Origin: Octopus vulgaris
Lineage: Eukaryota
Assembly: GCA_951406725.2 (NCBI GenBank)
Contig: OX597842.1
Coordinates: forward strand, 32,922,001 to 32,986,000
Reading direction: 5' to 3'
DNA length: 64,000 bases
Shown here piece after piece: positions 46,211-60,399 of this stretch (its first letter is position 1; each line of letters opens with the position of its first letter). The translations under genes were made by a program, and so were the position numbers. The notes beneath the pieces were generated by a model. It did not search any database, was not told the DNA's origin, and was given only the letters and a program-made list of their open reading frames with translations.

Positions 46211-46595
46211 TCTCTCTCTATATAAACGGCAGTTTGTCTGTGCGTGTTTCTGTGTGTCTGTTTTCTCGTACCCTCACCCTGACCACGGCTTTCAACCGAT
46301 TCTGATGAAACTTGACACACACATAGCCCAATGTCATAATTCAAAACTAACGCAGCGAAAATTTTGAAAAGTTCCCCCAGTTCTGAAAAAAATCGATAAA
46401 TTCGACATAGGGTCGAGAATCAGAAACACAAACCACAGACCGTCTAGGGGACGCAACTCGACCTTTTTTAACTCTCAAAAAAAATTTACCCTCATTTTTT
46501 TTCCATTTTTTTGCTATTTTTTGGCTATAACTCTCTAAAAATGCTTTATAGTTATTTCCCTTATAAACCTGAGCAACGCCGGGCGATACTGCTAG
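46211..46595 (+). mobile_element. Non-autonomous Helitron
   Basis: Inserted between A and T; 5' TC; subterminal hairpin cctgagcaacgccggg; 3' CTAG; degenerate relative at ~62352-62455. Confidence 0.75.
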
Positions 46596-46887
46596 TTAAT
46601 AATATATATATATAAATTAGAAAAAAATACCTGTAATTTATATTTAATTTATATTTAATCTTTCTATAATATGAAATTTTTCTAAATGGTATAATTTAAT
46701 TATACATTATTGAATTGATGAAAAGTGCTATTTTTTCTAATTTTTATTTATATATATATATACACACATTGTATATATGCAAGTGTGTGTAGCACCTTTA
46801 ATTATTAAGAATTTTTACCTCGTGATATTAACTAGATGGTTATCCACGCATTCTATGTCACTTGATGTCCTTTTATATATATATAAA

Positions 46888-47044
46888 ATCACATGGTTTT
46901 GGGTTCAGTCTCACTGCGCCGCATCTTGGGCAAGTATCTTCTACTATAGCATCAGGCCGACCAAAGCCTTGTGAGTAGTTTTGGTAGACGGAAACTGAAT
47001 GAAGCCTGTCGCATATATATATGTTTATATATATTTATATATAC

Positions 47045-47111
<67 letters not shown>

Positions 47112-47357
47112 TTCATATCTATGTATATAAACATCTGAGTGTGTGTCTTTGTGAGTGTATTTGTTCATCCCCATCATGGCTTGAAAACCGGCGTTCATAT
47201 GCTTACGTCCCTATACCATAGCAGTTCGGCAATAGAGGCCAATAAAATAAGTACCAGGATTTTCAAAGATATAAATCTTGGGGCGATTTCTTCGACTAAA
47301 ACGATTCAGTGTGGTGCTCCAGCATTACTGCAGTCAAATGACTGAAGCAAGTAAAAG
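46888..47357 (+). mobile_element. Diverged family A SINE
   Basis: gggttcagtctcactgc...cttgggcaagt...cagtcaaatgactgaagcaagtaaaag. Confidence 0.8.
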
Positions 47358-47695
47358 TTGTGTGTGTGTGTGTGTGTGTGTGGCCTACCCTAGATTCGCT
47401 CCTAAATAGATAGAGTACTTCTGAAAAATCTTAACGACAGCTACCCCACCTCGGTGTCATTAGCTTCTGAATCCTGGTCAACGTGTACTTAACGACTCAA
47501 TGAAATATGGCGGTTAGACACGGCACCCCAATACAATATCCGGGTATTACATAACATCGTAATTACAGTTTGATACGGGTACATATGCATGCAGATATCC
47601 AAAGCCGTAACTCGAAACATATATGCATTTATACATACATACATATATACATACATACATACACACATACAAACATACATACATACATACATATA

Positions 47696-47731
<36 letters not shown>

Positions 47732-48172
47732 TACATACATGAATATATACATACATACATACATACATATATAGGTACAGAGATACATACATACATACAT
47801 ATATATAGGTACATACATACATGTATATATATATATATACATACATATACATACATACATGCCTATATATATATACACATATACATACATACATTCATAT
47901 ATAAATATATACATACTTATACATACATACACATATATATACATACATATACATATATATATATATATATTTACATATATGTATATTTACATATATATAT
48001 GTGTATATATATATGTATATATATGTATATATATGTATATATATATATATACATATAAATATGTATATATATATATATACATATAAATATGTATATACAT
48101 ACATATATATGTATGTATACAATCATATACACACATGTATGTAATGTATACATATGTACGTGTATATATGTG

Positions 48173-48211
<39 letters not shown>

Positions 48212-48546
48212 GTGTGTGTGTGTATGTGGGTTTGGAGAATGTTGCTTTTTATAGACATGGGAAAGAGGTGATATATTCAACATTAGTTAGTAACTTAAAT
48301 TTCGTTGATATCGTGCATATATTTATACACACATATATACATTACAGATCCAGATCAACATTTCAAACATATATATATATATATGTGTGTGATTTCAAAC
48401 GTATGCATATATATATAGGATTGCATGTATGTATGTATGTATGTATGTATGTATGTATGTATGTATGTATATCATATACAGTTGAAACACTCCCGTCACA
48501 ACGTGGGACCTTGAAGACTGCTTTAATGCAAATAAGTATACTAGTG

Positions 48547-48960
48547 CTCTTTGACTCTTTTACTTGTTTCAGGCATTTGATTGCGATCATGCTGGACCAC
48601 CGCCTTTAGTCGAGCAAATCGACTCCAAGACTTACTCTTTGTAAGCCTAGTACCTATTCTATCGGTCTATTTTGCCGAACCACTAAGTTACGGGGACGTA
48701 AACACACCAGCATCGGTTGTCAAGCGATGTTGGGGGGACAAACACAGACACACAAACATTTACACACACATACAAACATATACACACACATACACGTATA
48801 TATGATGGGCTTCTTTCAGTTTCCGTCTACCAAATCCACTCACAAGTCTTTGGTTGGCCCGAGGCTATAGCAGAAGACACTTGTCCAAGATGCCACACAG
48901 TGGGACTGAACCCGGAACCATGTGGTTCGTAAGCAAGCTACTTACCACACAGCCACTCCT
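48547..48960 (-). mobile_element. Family A SINE, full length
   Basis: Complete tail, body and head. Confidence 0.9.
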
Positions 48961-48998
48961 CTATTTAAAAAGACAATCAATACTTCATTACATTTTAC

Positions 48999-49029
<31 letters not shown>

Positions 49030-49268
49030 TCTATATTCTACAGTAATATTATAAACAATATAAATAAAACATAAAAAACAGACAGAGTTGGAATATGTGT
49101 GTGTATGTGTGTGTGTGTGTATGTGTGTATGTATATGTATGTGAGTGTCTTTTCTCCTTGTGCTATATGAATACTTGATGTGGTTTTAGAGTCAAGGTTT
49201 GACTGCTATCTCTATCATGGTGGTATCTTTTGGATACCCTTAATTATAATTTCAGTAATGATTACTAC

Positions 49269-49307
<39 letters not shown>

Positions 49308-49440
49308 AAATTAAATAAGGGTAGAAATTGATATTAATCAATTAAAACCAGTGGCCTAGCATATTTAAAAAATCCGAAGATCAAAAACATTTTTTACATA
49401 CAAAATTTAAAGGGCTTTTAGTGGTCAGTCCTTTAAATTT

Positions 49441-49485
<45 letters not shown>

Positions 49486-50089
49486 GAGTGAAATTAAAAT
49501 AAATTCAAGTAGAACAATTCAAACTTTTTGAGGAGCCCAAAAAGAGAGAAAAAATAATTTCTAATAAAAATTCATCATATTCAGAAATATCATGCTAGAG
49601 AAAGCAGTAAGAATATGGAAATAACAAGTGAAAAGTTCGTTATAGGTAATTATAAAAATGGAAAAGAGATGTTAAAATATCAAAATTGGATTTAGTAAGT
49701 ACCTACGAACGTTTCAAAGGGCAATACAAATATGATTGATTGATAGATTCTAGTTTCAGCTCATGAGCTGTGGCCATGCTGGGGCACCGCCATATGTAAG
49801 AAAAAATTATGATAATAATAATAATTCATTCACGTCAGTGTGAAGAACTTAAGGTTTTTAATATTTATACTTATATTATGTTGTATCATATCATAATAAT
49901 AATATATGTTAATAAATTAGGATGTCAGTCTTAAATCCCCATGCTCTTTTCATTTTTGCATATACATACATACACAAACACACATATATATTGATATTTC
50001 TGTTCTCTTTTCAGCGCTATTGAATCAGCAACATGGAAGTTGAGACCAAGGAGATAGTAAATATATATATACATATATATATATATTTT

Positions 50090-50440
50090 TTCTAGTTTCA
50101 GCTCAGAGCTCGGCCATGCTGATGCACCGCCATTTTGTGCTACACTGATATTACAAAGAACCTCATCTAATATGTGGCACTTGGTGAAGAATGGAGTTTG
50201 ATATAGCTTCTCTCATTTGCACCTCTTGCCGTGAGGTAGGTTCATCTGGGACTCTTGACAGGAAGATGTCCAGCTTTGATTTAAAAACCACTACATCTAC
50301 TTTGTGCAAGTTCCTCAGACTCTTTGGGAGAATATTAAAAAGCTGTGGGCCCTTGAAACCCAGGCTGTTGCAGTAACTGGTCCTGAAGCACAATGGCATT
50401 GCTGGGATCTTTGGCACTATGCAGTGTCGTCTCGTTCTAG
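50090..50440 (-). mobile_element. 5'-truncated LINE (family L1)
   Basis: SLGFKGPQLFNILPKSLRNLHKVDVVVFKSKLDIFLSRVPDEP; same 3' tail as 3536-3925. Confidence 0.8.
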
Positions 50441-50681
50441 CATATATATATATATATATATATATATGTACGTGTACACACACACACACAAACACGTATG
50501 TATAAATATATAACAAGTTTAAAATAATTTTTATTACATATCTTTTCTTTACAGGAGCAAATTTGGCTTACAGGTGTTTCCAGTAAATATGTTTAGCCTG
50601 GTGTAGAAAAAAGAGAGCTTATGGAGGAGTTAGCCCGGATGGATAATCCCTCACTATCAACTCTCTCTTTCTCAGTATATA

Positions 50682-50715
<34 letters not shown>

Positions 50716-50756
50716 GATATATACATATACATATACACATACATATATTTATATAC

Positions 50757-51160
50757 ATGGTGGCTGCCCCCTCGTTATCGAGTATGGCCATTGCACAAAG
50801 CTTAATCAATGTTGTTATCGTGCAATGCCTGTGCAAGAAGATTTTTTTTAAAGTGAGGAAAGGCTGTGCACTGAGTCAATCCCACTCACTAAGCAACAGC
50901 AGCCATAATCCGAAAAGAAGAACAAGTCAACATCATCGGTAACCACTGAGCTGCAGGCTTTATGTCGGAGTTATCCCAGTTACCTGAGTTACCTTCGCCT
51001 AGAAGGATGCCCAAACAAAGCCTAGGAGTCCTTCACTCCCAATGGTTTAACCGCGCGATCGGGTATTCAGTCCGATTATTTTTATGTCCCCGCGCATGAT
51101 CCAGCCTTAAGACATTTATTGGATGGCTGTTGACTCTCAAGATTTCCTCCCCCCTTTGAC
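50757..51160 (-). mobile_element. Probable RTE-related non-autonomous retroposon
   Basis: GC-richer island; minus strand ggcatccttctaggcgaaggtaactc resembles RTE 5' motifs; recalled similarity only. Confidence 0.3.
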
Positions 51161-51186
51161 ATATATATATATATGTATATATATAC

Positions 51187-51233
<47 letters not shown>

Positions 51234-51388
51234 ATGTTTATGTGTGTACATTTTGACTGCATATTTGTATGTGCATGTACATCAATCCATCCATCCATCC
51301 ATACATACATACATTCATACATACAGGCATGCATACACACATATATACATATACACACAAGCATTTATACATACCTACATATATATAT

Positions 51389-51608
51389 AGTTAATCCAAA
51401 CATGAAAACACAAAGAGAAAACACAACAACCCGAGGACGTGGAACAAATATAGTATTATTGGACGCTCAGGAAAGAAGGGAAGAAGGAGGGTTTAACGTT
51501 TCGAGCGGAGCTCTTCGTCGGACACATAGGAGAAGGAAAGATCTAGAGAAGGGAAGACAGAGGGAAAAAAATCGCCAACGGTACACACGCGGTCACATTT
51601 TGAATGAC
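51389..51608 (-). mobile_element. Second copy of the 45848 hammerhead element
   Basis: Reverse-complement match; hammerhead motif at 51491-51525. Confidence 0.7.
51491..51525 (-). ncRNA. Minimal type I hammerhead ribozyme (U4C variant)
   Basis: Minus strand: gtgt CCGACGA agagctccgctc GAA ACGT T aaac. Confidence 0.65.
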
Positions 51609-51883
51609 CGTCATGTTTATGTATGTACATTTTGACTGTATATATGTATGTGCATGTACATCCATCCATCGATACATACATACATGCATACATACAGGCA
51701 TGCATACAAACAAACATACATACATATAGATACAAACATTGACACATACCTACATACATATGTACATACATATCTGCATACATACTTACATACATATATA
51801 TATACATATACACATATACACGCATGCATACATAGAAACACTGATGATTCATAAATACATAGTTACATACATCTATCAAGAGA

Positions 51884-51929
<46 letters not shown>

Positions 51930-52728
51930 GAGAGAGAGAAACAGACAAACAGACAGACAGACGGACAGAATAGTATAGTTTTCATCGAGCATTGTCGCAT
52001 GTATATAAATGATTTTAATTGTGGGTTTTTTCAAAAAGAAACAAGGCACTACACTTTATAAAAATAACACAGGTTGTTAGTTTCCCCAGCAATTTCAATA
52101 TTTCGGTATCAGGTCTCCTCTTTCTTCTGGAGATCTCATCTCTTCTTCAAAGATTTCTTGAAGAAGGGCACTTAACCCGAAATATTAGAATATTCAAAGA
52201 TCAGGAAAAATTAGAAACTGCATTATATTTATGACTCAATTTAACAAACATATATACATATGCTCATGCGTTGGTGTGTTTATGTGTGTTTGCAAGTGTG
52301 TATGTGTATGCGTGAGTGTGTTAATGTGTGTATGTGTGGGTGTATGTGGTTTATATTATGACTTAATTAAACAAACATATACATAAGCGCATGCGTCTGT
52401 GCGTTTACGTATCTGTACAGGTGTATATGGGCATGCGTGAGTGTGTGTATGTGTGTGCGTGTGGCCATTCTTAAACTTATTAACCAAATAAATACCTTAA
52501 AATTTTCGAAGTCCGTCGTGAGTTGTATTTCTTTGGACGTGGGGCCTCTGGTCAGTGGTAAAACTCGAGGATAAGAAATTCAATTTACGTATAAGAACCA
52601 CGTGACCACTTCTCTCTCTCTCTCACTTTTAGATATATACATAATACACACACACACACACATATATATATGTATATATATGTATATATATATACATATA
52701 TATATGTATATATATACATATATATATC

Positions 52729-52772
<44 letters not shown>

Positions 52773-53130
52773 TATATGTATATATATATATGTATATATA
52801 TATATGTATACATACAAATATGTAAATAGATAGATTGTTAGATAGATATCGAAGTATACACATGCAGTTGTATGTTTACAATAGACGAGGTCACTCATTC
52901 ATACACGCTCACACACACACGCATATACACAGACACACACACACCTATATATATATACAATGCTTATACATACATGAATACATATACACATATTTATACA
53001 TTCAATCCATTTCTATTTGATATGTTTATATAATGCACCCGACAGCTCAAAGCGGGTGGTCCGAAGCCACCCACAGTTTCAAACAATACCTACGACGAAA
53101 CCTCACATGCCTAACCACCCTGAATACATC

Positions 53131-53171
<41 letters not shown>

Positions 53172-53191
53172 CATAAATATAAATATATATG

Positions 53192-53237
<46 letters not shown>

Positions 53238-53609
53238 CATACATATATACATATATGTGTGTATGTTGGTTATGCTTGCTGAACACCTTTGTTCATTGGG
53301 GACGCTACCCCCAATCACCATAATATATACGGGTGCGCATTTTTCCATTCTTTGTAAATAAAAAATACGATAATTATGATTGTTATTGTTATTATTATTA
53401 TTATTATTATAAGGATTGCTATTTATTTGTGTGTACCTTGTCGTCTTTCTTTTCATGTCTGTATCATTCTTTCGTCCGTTGTTCGTCGGTTACGCTTCAT
53501 GAACCAATGTCAAAAGGTTTCTGTGACCCCCACCTGGCCCCGGCCCCAACTCCAAATAAATATACAAACCTCAACCACAATATCATATACACACGCTCCT
53601 ATATATATA

Positions 53610-53684
<75 letters not shown>

Positions 53685-53691
53685 GTATATA

Positions 53692-53739
<48 letters not shown>

Positions 53740-53836
53740 ATGAGCACATATTGACATACACACATACATATATATGTGTATATATATATATATGTATGTA
53801 TGTATATATATATACATGTATATATATATCTATGTA

Positions 53837-53908
<72 letters not shown>

Positions 53909-54169
53909 ATGAGCATATATTGACGTATATGTATATATACATATATACATGTTTATATGCATGGAGATATGTGTGTTCGTGTGTGTGTGAGTGCGTTTGT
54001 AGATATAACAGTGGTAGGTATCGTTATCATCGTCGTCATCATCATCTTCATCATCCTCATCTTCATCATCATCATCATCACCATCATCATCTTCATCATC
54101 ATCGTCGTCAGGGTCATCATCAGTATCATCACCATCATCATCGTCATTATTATTAATTTTATTATCATT

Positions 54170-54531
54170 TTTATCAATATCCGTTAGTCCGCCGGACAAC
54201 ATGCTTTTCGTCCGTCTTTACGTTCTGAGTTCAAATTCCACCGAGGTCAACTGCGCCTTGCATCTTTTCGGGGGTTGATAAACCAAGTGCTGGGATAAAA
54301 TATACGAAGCCCATTATATGTATCGGCGAGCTGGCAGAAACGTTAAGCACGCCGGGCGAAATGCGTACCCGTATTTCGTCTGTCGTTACGTTCTGAGTTC
54401 AAATTCCGCCGAGGTCGACTTTCCCTTTCATCCTTTCGGGGTCGATAAATTAAGTACCAGTTACGCACTGGAGTCGATGTAATCGACGTAAACCTGTCTT
54501 CTGTCCTTGTTTGTCCCCTCTATGTTTAGCC

Positions 54532-54569
<38 letters not shown>

Positions 54570-54572
54570 AAA
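54170..54572 (+). mobile_element. Two family B SINEs (older 54170-54290; younger 54324-54572)
   Basis: Twice gttctgagttcaaattcc.ccgaggtc; ttcatcctttcggggtcgataaattaagtaccag. Confidence 0.8.
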
Positions 54573-55112
54573 TATATATGTACCTGCGTACATAGACAGA
54601 GAGAGAAAGGGAGATAGAGAGTGGGAGAGAGAAAGAGAGACCAAGAGACAACGTTGAGCACCAGACAGACAGACAGGCGGAGAGACAGACAGACAGACAG
54701 GCGGAGAGACAGACAGACAGACAGACAGGCAGACAGGCTGGGAGACAGACAGACAGACAGACAGATAGAATGGGTGGCTGTAGAACGCATTAACGACACC
54801 ACACCAGGAACTCTGTAGCCGTCAAAACGCATGGTTTGCTGACTCTCCACTCATGGCTAACCCCAACAAATCACAACCACCACCTGCCAAAAATTCACTG
54901 AAGCCTTAACGACCGTGAAATCAAGATTTGCAGGTTCTATACCCGGACATGTCACCTCTCTACAACAAAAGCGTCAAGTTTGAAGTGTGAAGCTAAGGGA
55001 TCAAATCAATAACTGTCAACCAGTACCCTTCATCAGCCGCAACGACAGTCTGTCGGCAAGTGTATATAGTAATTTATATATACGTATGTATATATATATA
55101 CATATATGTATG

Positions 55113-55229
<117 letters not shown>

Positions 55230-55231
55230 TA

Positions 55232-55543
55232 TGGCACCGTGATCACCGTGACCGACCAGGCTATCAGATGTTGCCACACATCACTGGTCACAGTGAGCTT
55301 CGCGTTGTTTTAGCCTTCAAATCACGCCACCCCGCTGGCTTAGCGAGCAGGCCAACAGAAGAAAAGGTGAGAGAAAATTGTGATGAAAGAGTACAGCAGG
55401 GATCGCCTACATCCCTGCCGGAGCCTCGTGGAGCTTTAGGTGTTTTCGCTCAACAAACACTCACAACGCCCGATCTGGGAATCGAAACCGCGATCCTACA
55501 ACTGCGAGTCCGCTGCCCTAACCACTGGGCCATTGCGCCTCCA
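55232..55543 (-). mobile_element. Family D tRNA(Arg-like)-derived SINE, full length
   Basis: Minus strand ggcgcaatggcccagtggttagggcagcggactcgc...gtttcgattccc. Confidence 0.8.
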
Positions 55544-55560
55544 CGTATGTGTATATATAC

Positions 55561-55652
<92 letters not shown>

Positions 55653-55670
55653 CTCTATTTATCTATCTTT

Positions 55671-55731
<61 letters not shown>

Positions 55732-55748
55732 TATAGATAGATGTATGT

Positions 55749-55792
<44 letters not shown>

Positions 55793-55804
55793 TTGTGTAT
55801 CTAT

Positions 55805-55852
<48 letters not shown>

Positions 55853-55881
55853 TTATATGCATGTGTATGTGTATGTGTGTG

Positions 55882-55925
<44 letters not shown>

Positions 55926-56123
55926 GCATGTATGTGTATCTGCATATATATATGTGTATATGTACATATAAGTAAATATGTGTATATGCATGCATAGATA
56001 CATACGTACATACATACACACACATACATATAGATATTTGTAAATATATATGTGTACATATATGCAGGTGCGTATATGTGTGTATTTATATGTATATGTA
56101 AATATGTCTTTATACATGTGTGT

Positions 56124-56188
<65 letters not shown>

Positions 56189-56719
56189 TATACACTTTTG
56201 CACGGTTTTACTTGTGTGTGAGTGGGGTGAGAGGCTGAGAGGGATAGAGGGAGGAAAGGAAGGAGTGTGTGTGTATGTGTGTGTGTGTGTAATATAAACT
56301 TAAATTTAAATCTGCCCTGCCCTTCGGGCCTACGGCATTTTCAGCTTTCCACAGGCTGCCAACCCGATTTGTCAGGCCTCATCAGCTACACACACACACA
56401 TACACACACACACGCACACACACACACACTCGTATGCACATAAGTACAAGGATAATAGCCACATGCATACGTCAGTAGAGCTGTATGTATGTTCGTTTGA
56501 GTATGTACGTGTGTACACATATGCATATTCATATACATGCATTTATATGTATGTATACATGTGTGTTTGTGTGTGTGTGCGTGTGTGTATGTTGTATGTG
56601 TGTGTGTATACATGTATATGCGTGGAGATAGAAAGATAGATAGCTAGACTGACATATAGATAGATAGATAGATATATAGATAGATAGAGAGAGAGAGAGA
56701 CAGACAGACAGATAGATAC

Positions 56720-56773
<54 letters not shown>

Positions 56774-56774
56774 G

Positions 56775-56954
<180 letters not shown>

Positions 56955-57028
56955 TACATAGATGGATGGATGCATAGATAGAAAAGGATATGGGTATACA
57001 CTACACTCCAAAACACTAACACCTTAAA

Positions 57029-57086
<58 letters not shown>

Positions 57087-57228
57087 GGGTGTGTTTGTGT
57101 GTGATTGTGTATAGAAGAATATATCAATAAAAGGAATTCCAACCTTGTCTGATTTTCACGTTTTATTTACAATCTTATAATGATATAATATAAGATTATA
57201 TAATATAATAGAATAAAATAAAATAGTA

Positions 57229-57928
57229 CCTCAAAAAGTTCCTGGATATGAAGAACTTTCCGGTCCAGAGAACAAGGTGTCATCATACCACTTTTCTCCT
57301 CCTTTGTGCGGCCACACCTCGAATACTGCTGCCCACCGTGGTCTCCCCATACAAGACAAAACATCTCGAGGATTGAATCACCCCAGAGGGCACTCACTAA
57401 ACGAATTGAAGGCATGGCTGCTCTCGATTATTGGGATCGCCTTCAAGCCTTGAAACTCTACTCTCTCCAGCGTCGCTGTGAGCGGTACATCATTTGTACG
57501 ATGTGGAGAATATACTGCCAACTTTGCCCAAACGACCTGAACATTAGCTTCAAGGTTCAACCAAGACTGGGACCACGGGCCATAGGTCCCCTGCCCAATT
57601 TAAGATCACAGCATACATGTAGACTGCAACATAATTTCTTTTCCTCAACAGGCCCTGCCCTATTTAACATCGTCCCGAAAGAGATCAAAGAGGAAAAGGA
57701 TCCCATCAACTTTAAACGGAGTCTGGATAGATTCCTTCAAGGAATACCAGATAAGCCACCCATAATTGGATACAACTCACCCAACAAAAACTCACTACTT
57801 GAATGGACCATAAACAAAATTTGACTTAAACAGGATTCAATTAATCCTATCAGGTGGTGCTATTAAGTTAGACATGGCCTGGACCAATCTTTGGTCGAAA
57901 CACATCTAAGTTTATCTAAGTTTATCTA
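57229..57928 (+). mobile_element. 5'-truncated LINE (family L2): RT thumb/C-terminus plus 3' UTR
   Basis: VRPHLEYCCPPWSPH...IESPQRALTKRI...YWDRLQALKLYSLQRR, typical of CR1/L2-group ORF2; tail (ctaagtttat)n. Confidence 0.9.
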
Positions 57929-57950
57929 ATGTTAAATGTTCATTCTGATA

Positions 57951-57993
57951 GAACTAGTACTTTCATGCATTAAATTCTGCAATCTTCAGGTTC
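57951..57993 (-). ncRNA. Minimal type I hammerhead ribozyme (mirror copy)
   Basis: Exact reverse complement of 58073-58115. Confidence 0.75.
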
Positions 57994-58072
57994 ATGTAGT
58001 AGTGGTGACAGTCATGCTTCACAATTTTTGACAGTCAACAATTGTGAAGCATGACTGTCACCACTACTACAT

Positions 58073-58115
58073 GAACCTGAAGATTGCAGAATTTAATGCA
58101 TGAAAGTACTAGTTC
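58073..58115 (+). ncRNA. Minimal type I hammerhead ribozyme
   Basis: gaac CTGAAGA t-tgca-gaatttaa-tgca-t GAA AGTACT A gttc; palindromic stem III; CUA site. Confidence 0.75.
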
Positions 58116-58245
58116 TATCAGAATGAACATTTAACATACTACTATTTTATTTTATTATATTATATTATATTATATTATCTTATAATATATCAATATAAGA
58201 TCGTAAATAAAACGTGAAAATCAGACAAGGTTGGAATTCCTTTTA

Positions 58246-58330
<85 letters not shown>

Positions 58331-58454
58331 AGATAGGGATTGTAAATTCAACCCTCCATGGGATAATATTATTTCCAATATACTGCTATATATATATTTC
58401 TCCATTTTCTCATTTTGTATATATATATATATATATATATACATCAAAATGCAT

Positions 58455-58766
58455 CATTCCGTCGGTTACGACGAGAAGGCTCCCAGCTGATACGATCAAC
58501 GGAACAGTTTGCTCATGAAATTGACGTGTAAGTGGCTGAGCACTCCACAGACACGTGTACCCTTAATGTAGTTCTCAGGGAGTTTCAGTATGACGCATAG
58601 TGTGACAAGGCTGGCCCCTTTGAAACACAGGTACAACTCATTTTTGCCAGCTGAGTGGACTGGAGCAATGTGAAATAAAGTGTCTTGCTCAAGGACACAA
58701 CGCGCCGCCGGGAATTGAACTCACGATCATGAGCTGAATGCCCTGACTACTAAGCTACGTCCCTTC
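58455..58766 (-). mobile_element. Family C SINE, full length
   Basis: Reverse complement of the 11208 family (ttgctcaaggacacaac, gggaattgaactcac). Confidence 0.8.
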
Positions 58767-59284
58767 ACACACACACATCCCCTTCTGACATCCCCTTTAC
58801 CCCATTTCTATAAATAGAAAATCTTTATTGTCTCCTTCAACTTATTCCTCCCTCTCACAACCCAACAGTAGTCTGGAACAACCAAATCTTAGTCAGTTAG
58901 TTGATGGGCCCCACTACCTCAAATGTTCTTAAAATTTAAATCCAAATCTTTGTCTATGTATCTACCTTCTCTATAATGTTGCCACTTGATATGAAAATTT
59001 TTGTATTAATGGAAAACCTCTATAATTGGCTGATGAGTGCTCAGCATTTTAAAACTGTTGTAATACTTACAACATTTAATAAAATTGATGTAGTACGAAA
59101 CGATCGTACCAAATTACCGGATATATTCTTGTTGCTTATTTTGATTATAATCACCCCACGGATTTTTATGGATAACACCATACAGAATTCTGGTGCATCT
59201 AAATTAAGTACCATACTCATTTGAATCTAAATTTTTGCTATATATATATACATGTGTGAGTGTGCATGTATGTATGTATGTATC

Positions 59285-59326
<42 letters not shown>

Positions 59327-60281
59327 CATACATACGTACATACTTACATGTATGTATGTATGTATGTATATATGTATGTATATATATATATATATATATA
59401 TATACGTATGTTTATGAAACTAAAGATATATGTGAATTTTATTCAGTATATATATATATATATATACATATATTTAACATACATAAATATATACTTCTTT
59501 GCTATTGTAGATACTGTGTATATGTCTGAGTTTGTATATGCATGTGCTTGTGTATGTCTATATACACGTATGTATACGTGCATACATTCTCATTTATGTA
59601 TGTATCTTAATTATATAAATATATACATATATTGATATACATCCACACACACACACACACACACACTCTCTTTCTCTTTCACGCACACACACACGCACCA
59701 ATACACCCACAACCTCACCCCCACACACACACTCATTCTGCTCCAGAAATTTTTGTTTTTGGAAGGGACCGAAGATTTAACAGATTAAAATTGCCCCCGA
59801 TTAACCTAGATTTACCTACAAATTAGAGTTATTAAGATTAATATTATATCATGTAGCCGTCGCCGTCGTTATCGTAGTAGTTGTAGTAGCAGTAGTAATA
59901 ATATTGGTAGTAGTATTAGTAGTATTACTAGTAGTTGTAGTAGTGGTGTTGGTTGTATTACTATTATTATTATTATTATTATTATTAATAATATTATTAT
60001 TATTATTATAATTATTAACATGATTAATATTAGTAGTAGTAGCAGCAGTAGTAGCAGTAGTAGTAGTAGTAGTGGTGGTGGTGGTGGTGGCAGCAGTAGT
60101 AGTAGTAGTAGTGGTGGTGGTGGTGGTGGCAGCAGCAGCAGAAATAGTAATAGTAATATTGGTAGTAGTAGTGGTGGTGGTGGTGGTGGTGGTGGTGGCG
60201 GCGGCGGTGATAGTAGTAGTGGTGTTGGTAGTAGTGGTGTTGGTAGCGGTAGTGTTGGTAGTAGTAGTATCATTGTAATTA

Positions 60282-60367
<86 letters not shown>

Positions 60368-60399
60368 TGTTGTAGTAGAAGTACCGGTTGTCCCTAATC

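Larger units (their letters stand above)
57121..58252. mobile_element. Foldback element (~210-bp arms) with a hammerhead in each arm; left arm split by a LINE
   Basis: 57929-58026 is the exact reverse complement of 58040-58137; 57121-57228 imperfectly matches 58140-58252. Confidence 0.85.

Noticed and set aside
46295-46320. CTGATGA hammerhead-like core
   Set aside because: Directly followed by aac with no stem II; part of the Helitron ccgatt...atgaaacttg motif
49700-49725. Minus-strand GAAACGTT half-hammerhead
   Set aside because: Matching CUGAnGA and stem I not found; region disrupted by a LINE-tail insertion
54770-55062. Complex unique segment as a possible exon, with a minus-strand CTGATGA
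   Set aside because: Stops in the frames checked, no recognisable protein motif, and no GAAA half of a hammerhead
59025-59065. CTGATGA-gtgc-tca-gcat
   Set aside because: No GAAA after the stem and no stem I or III
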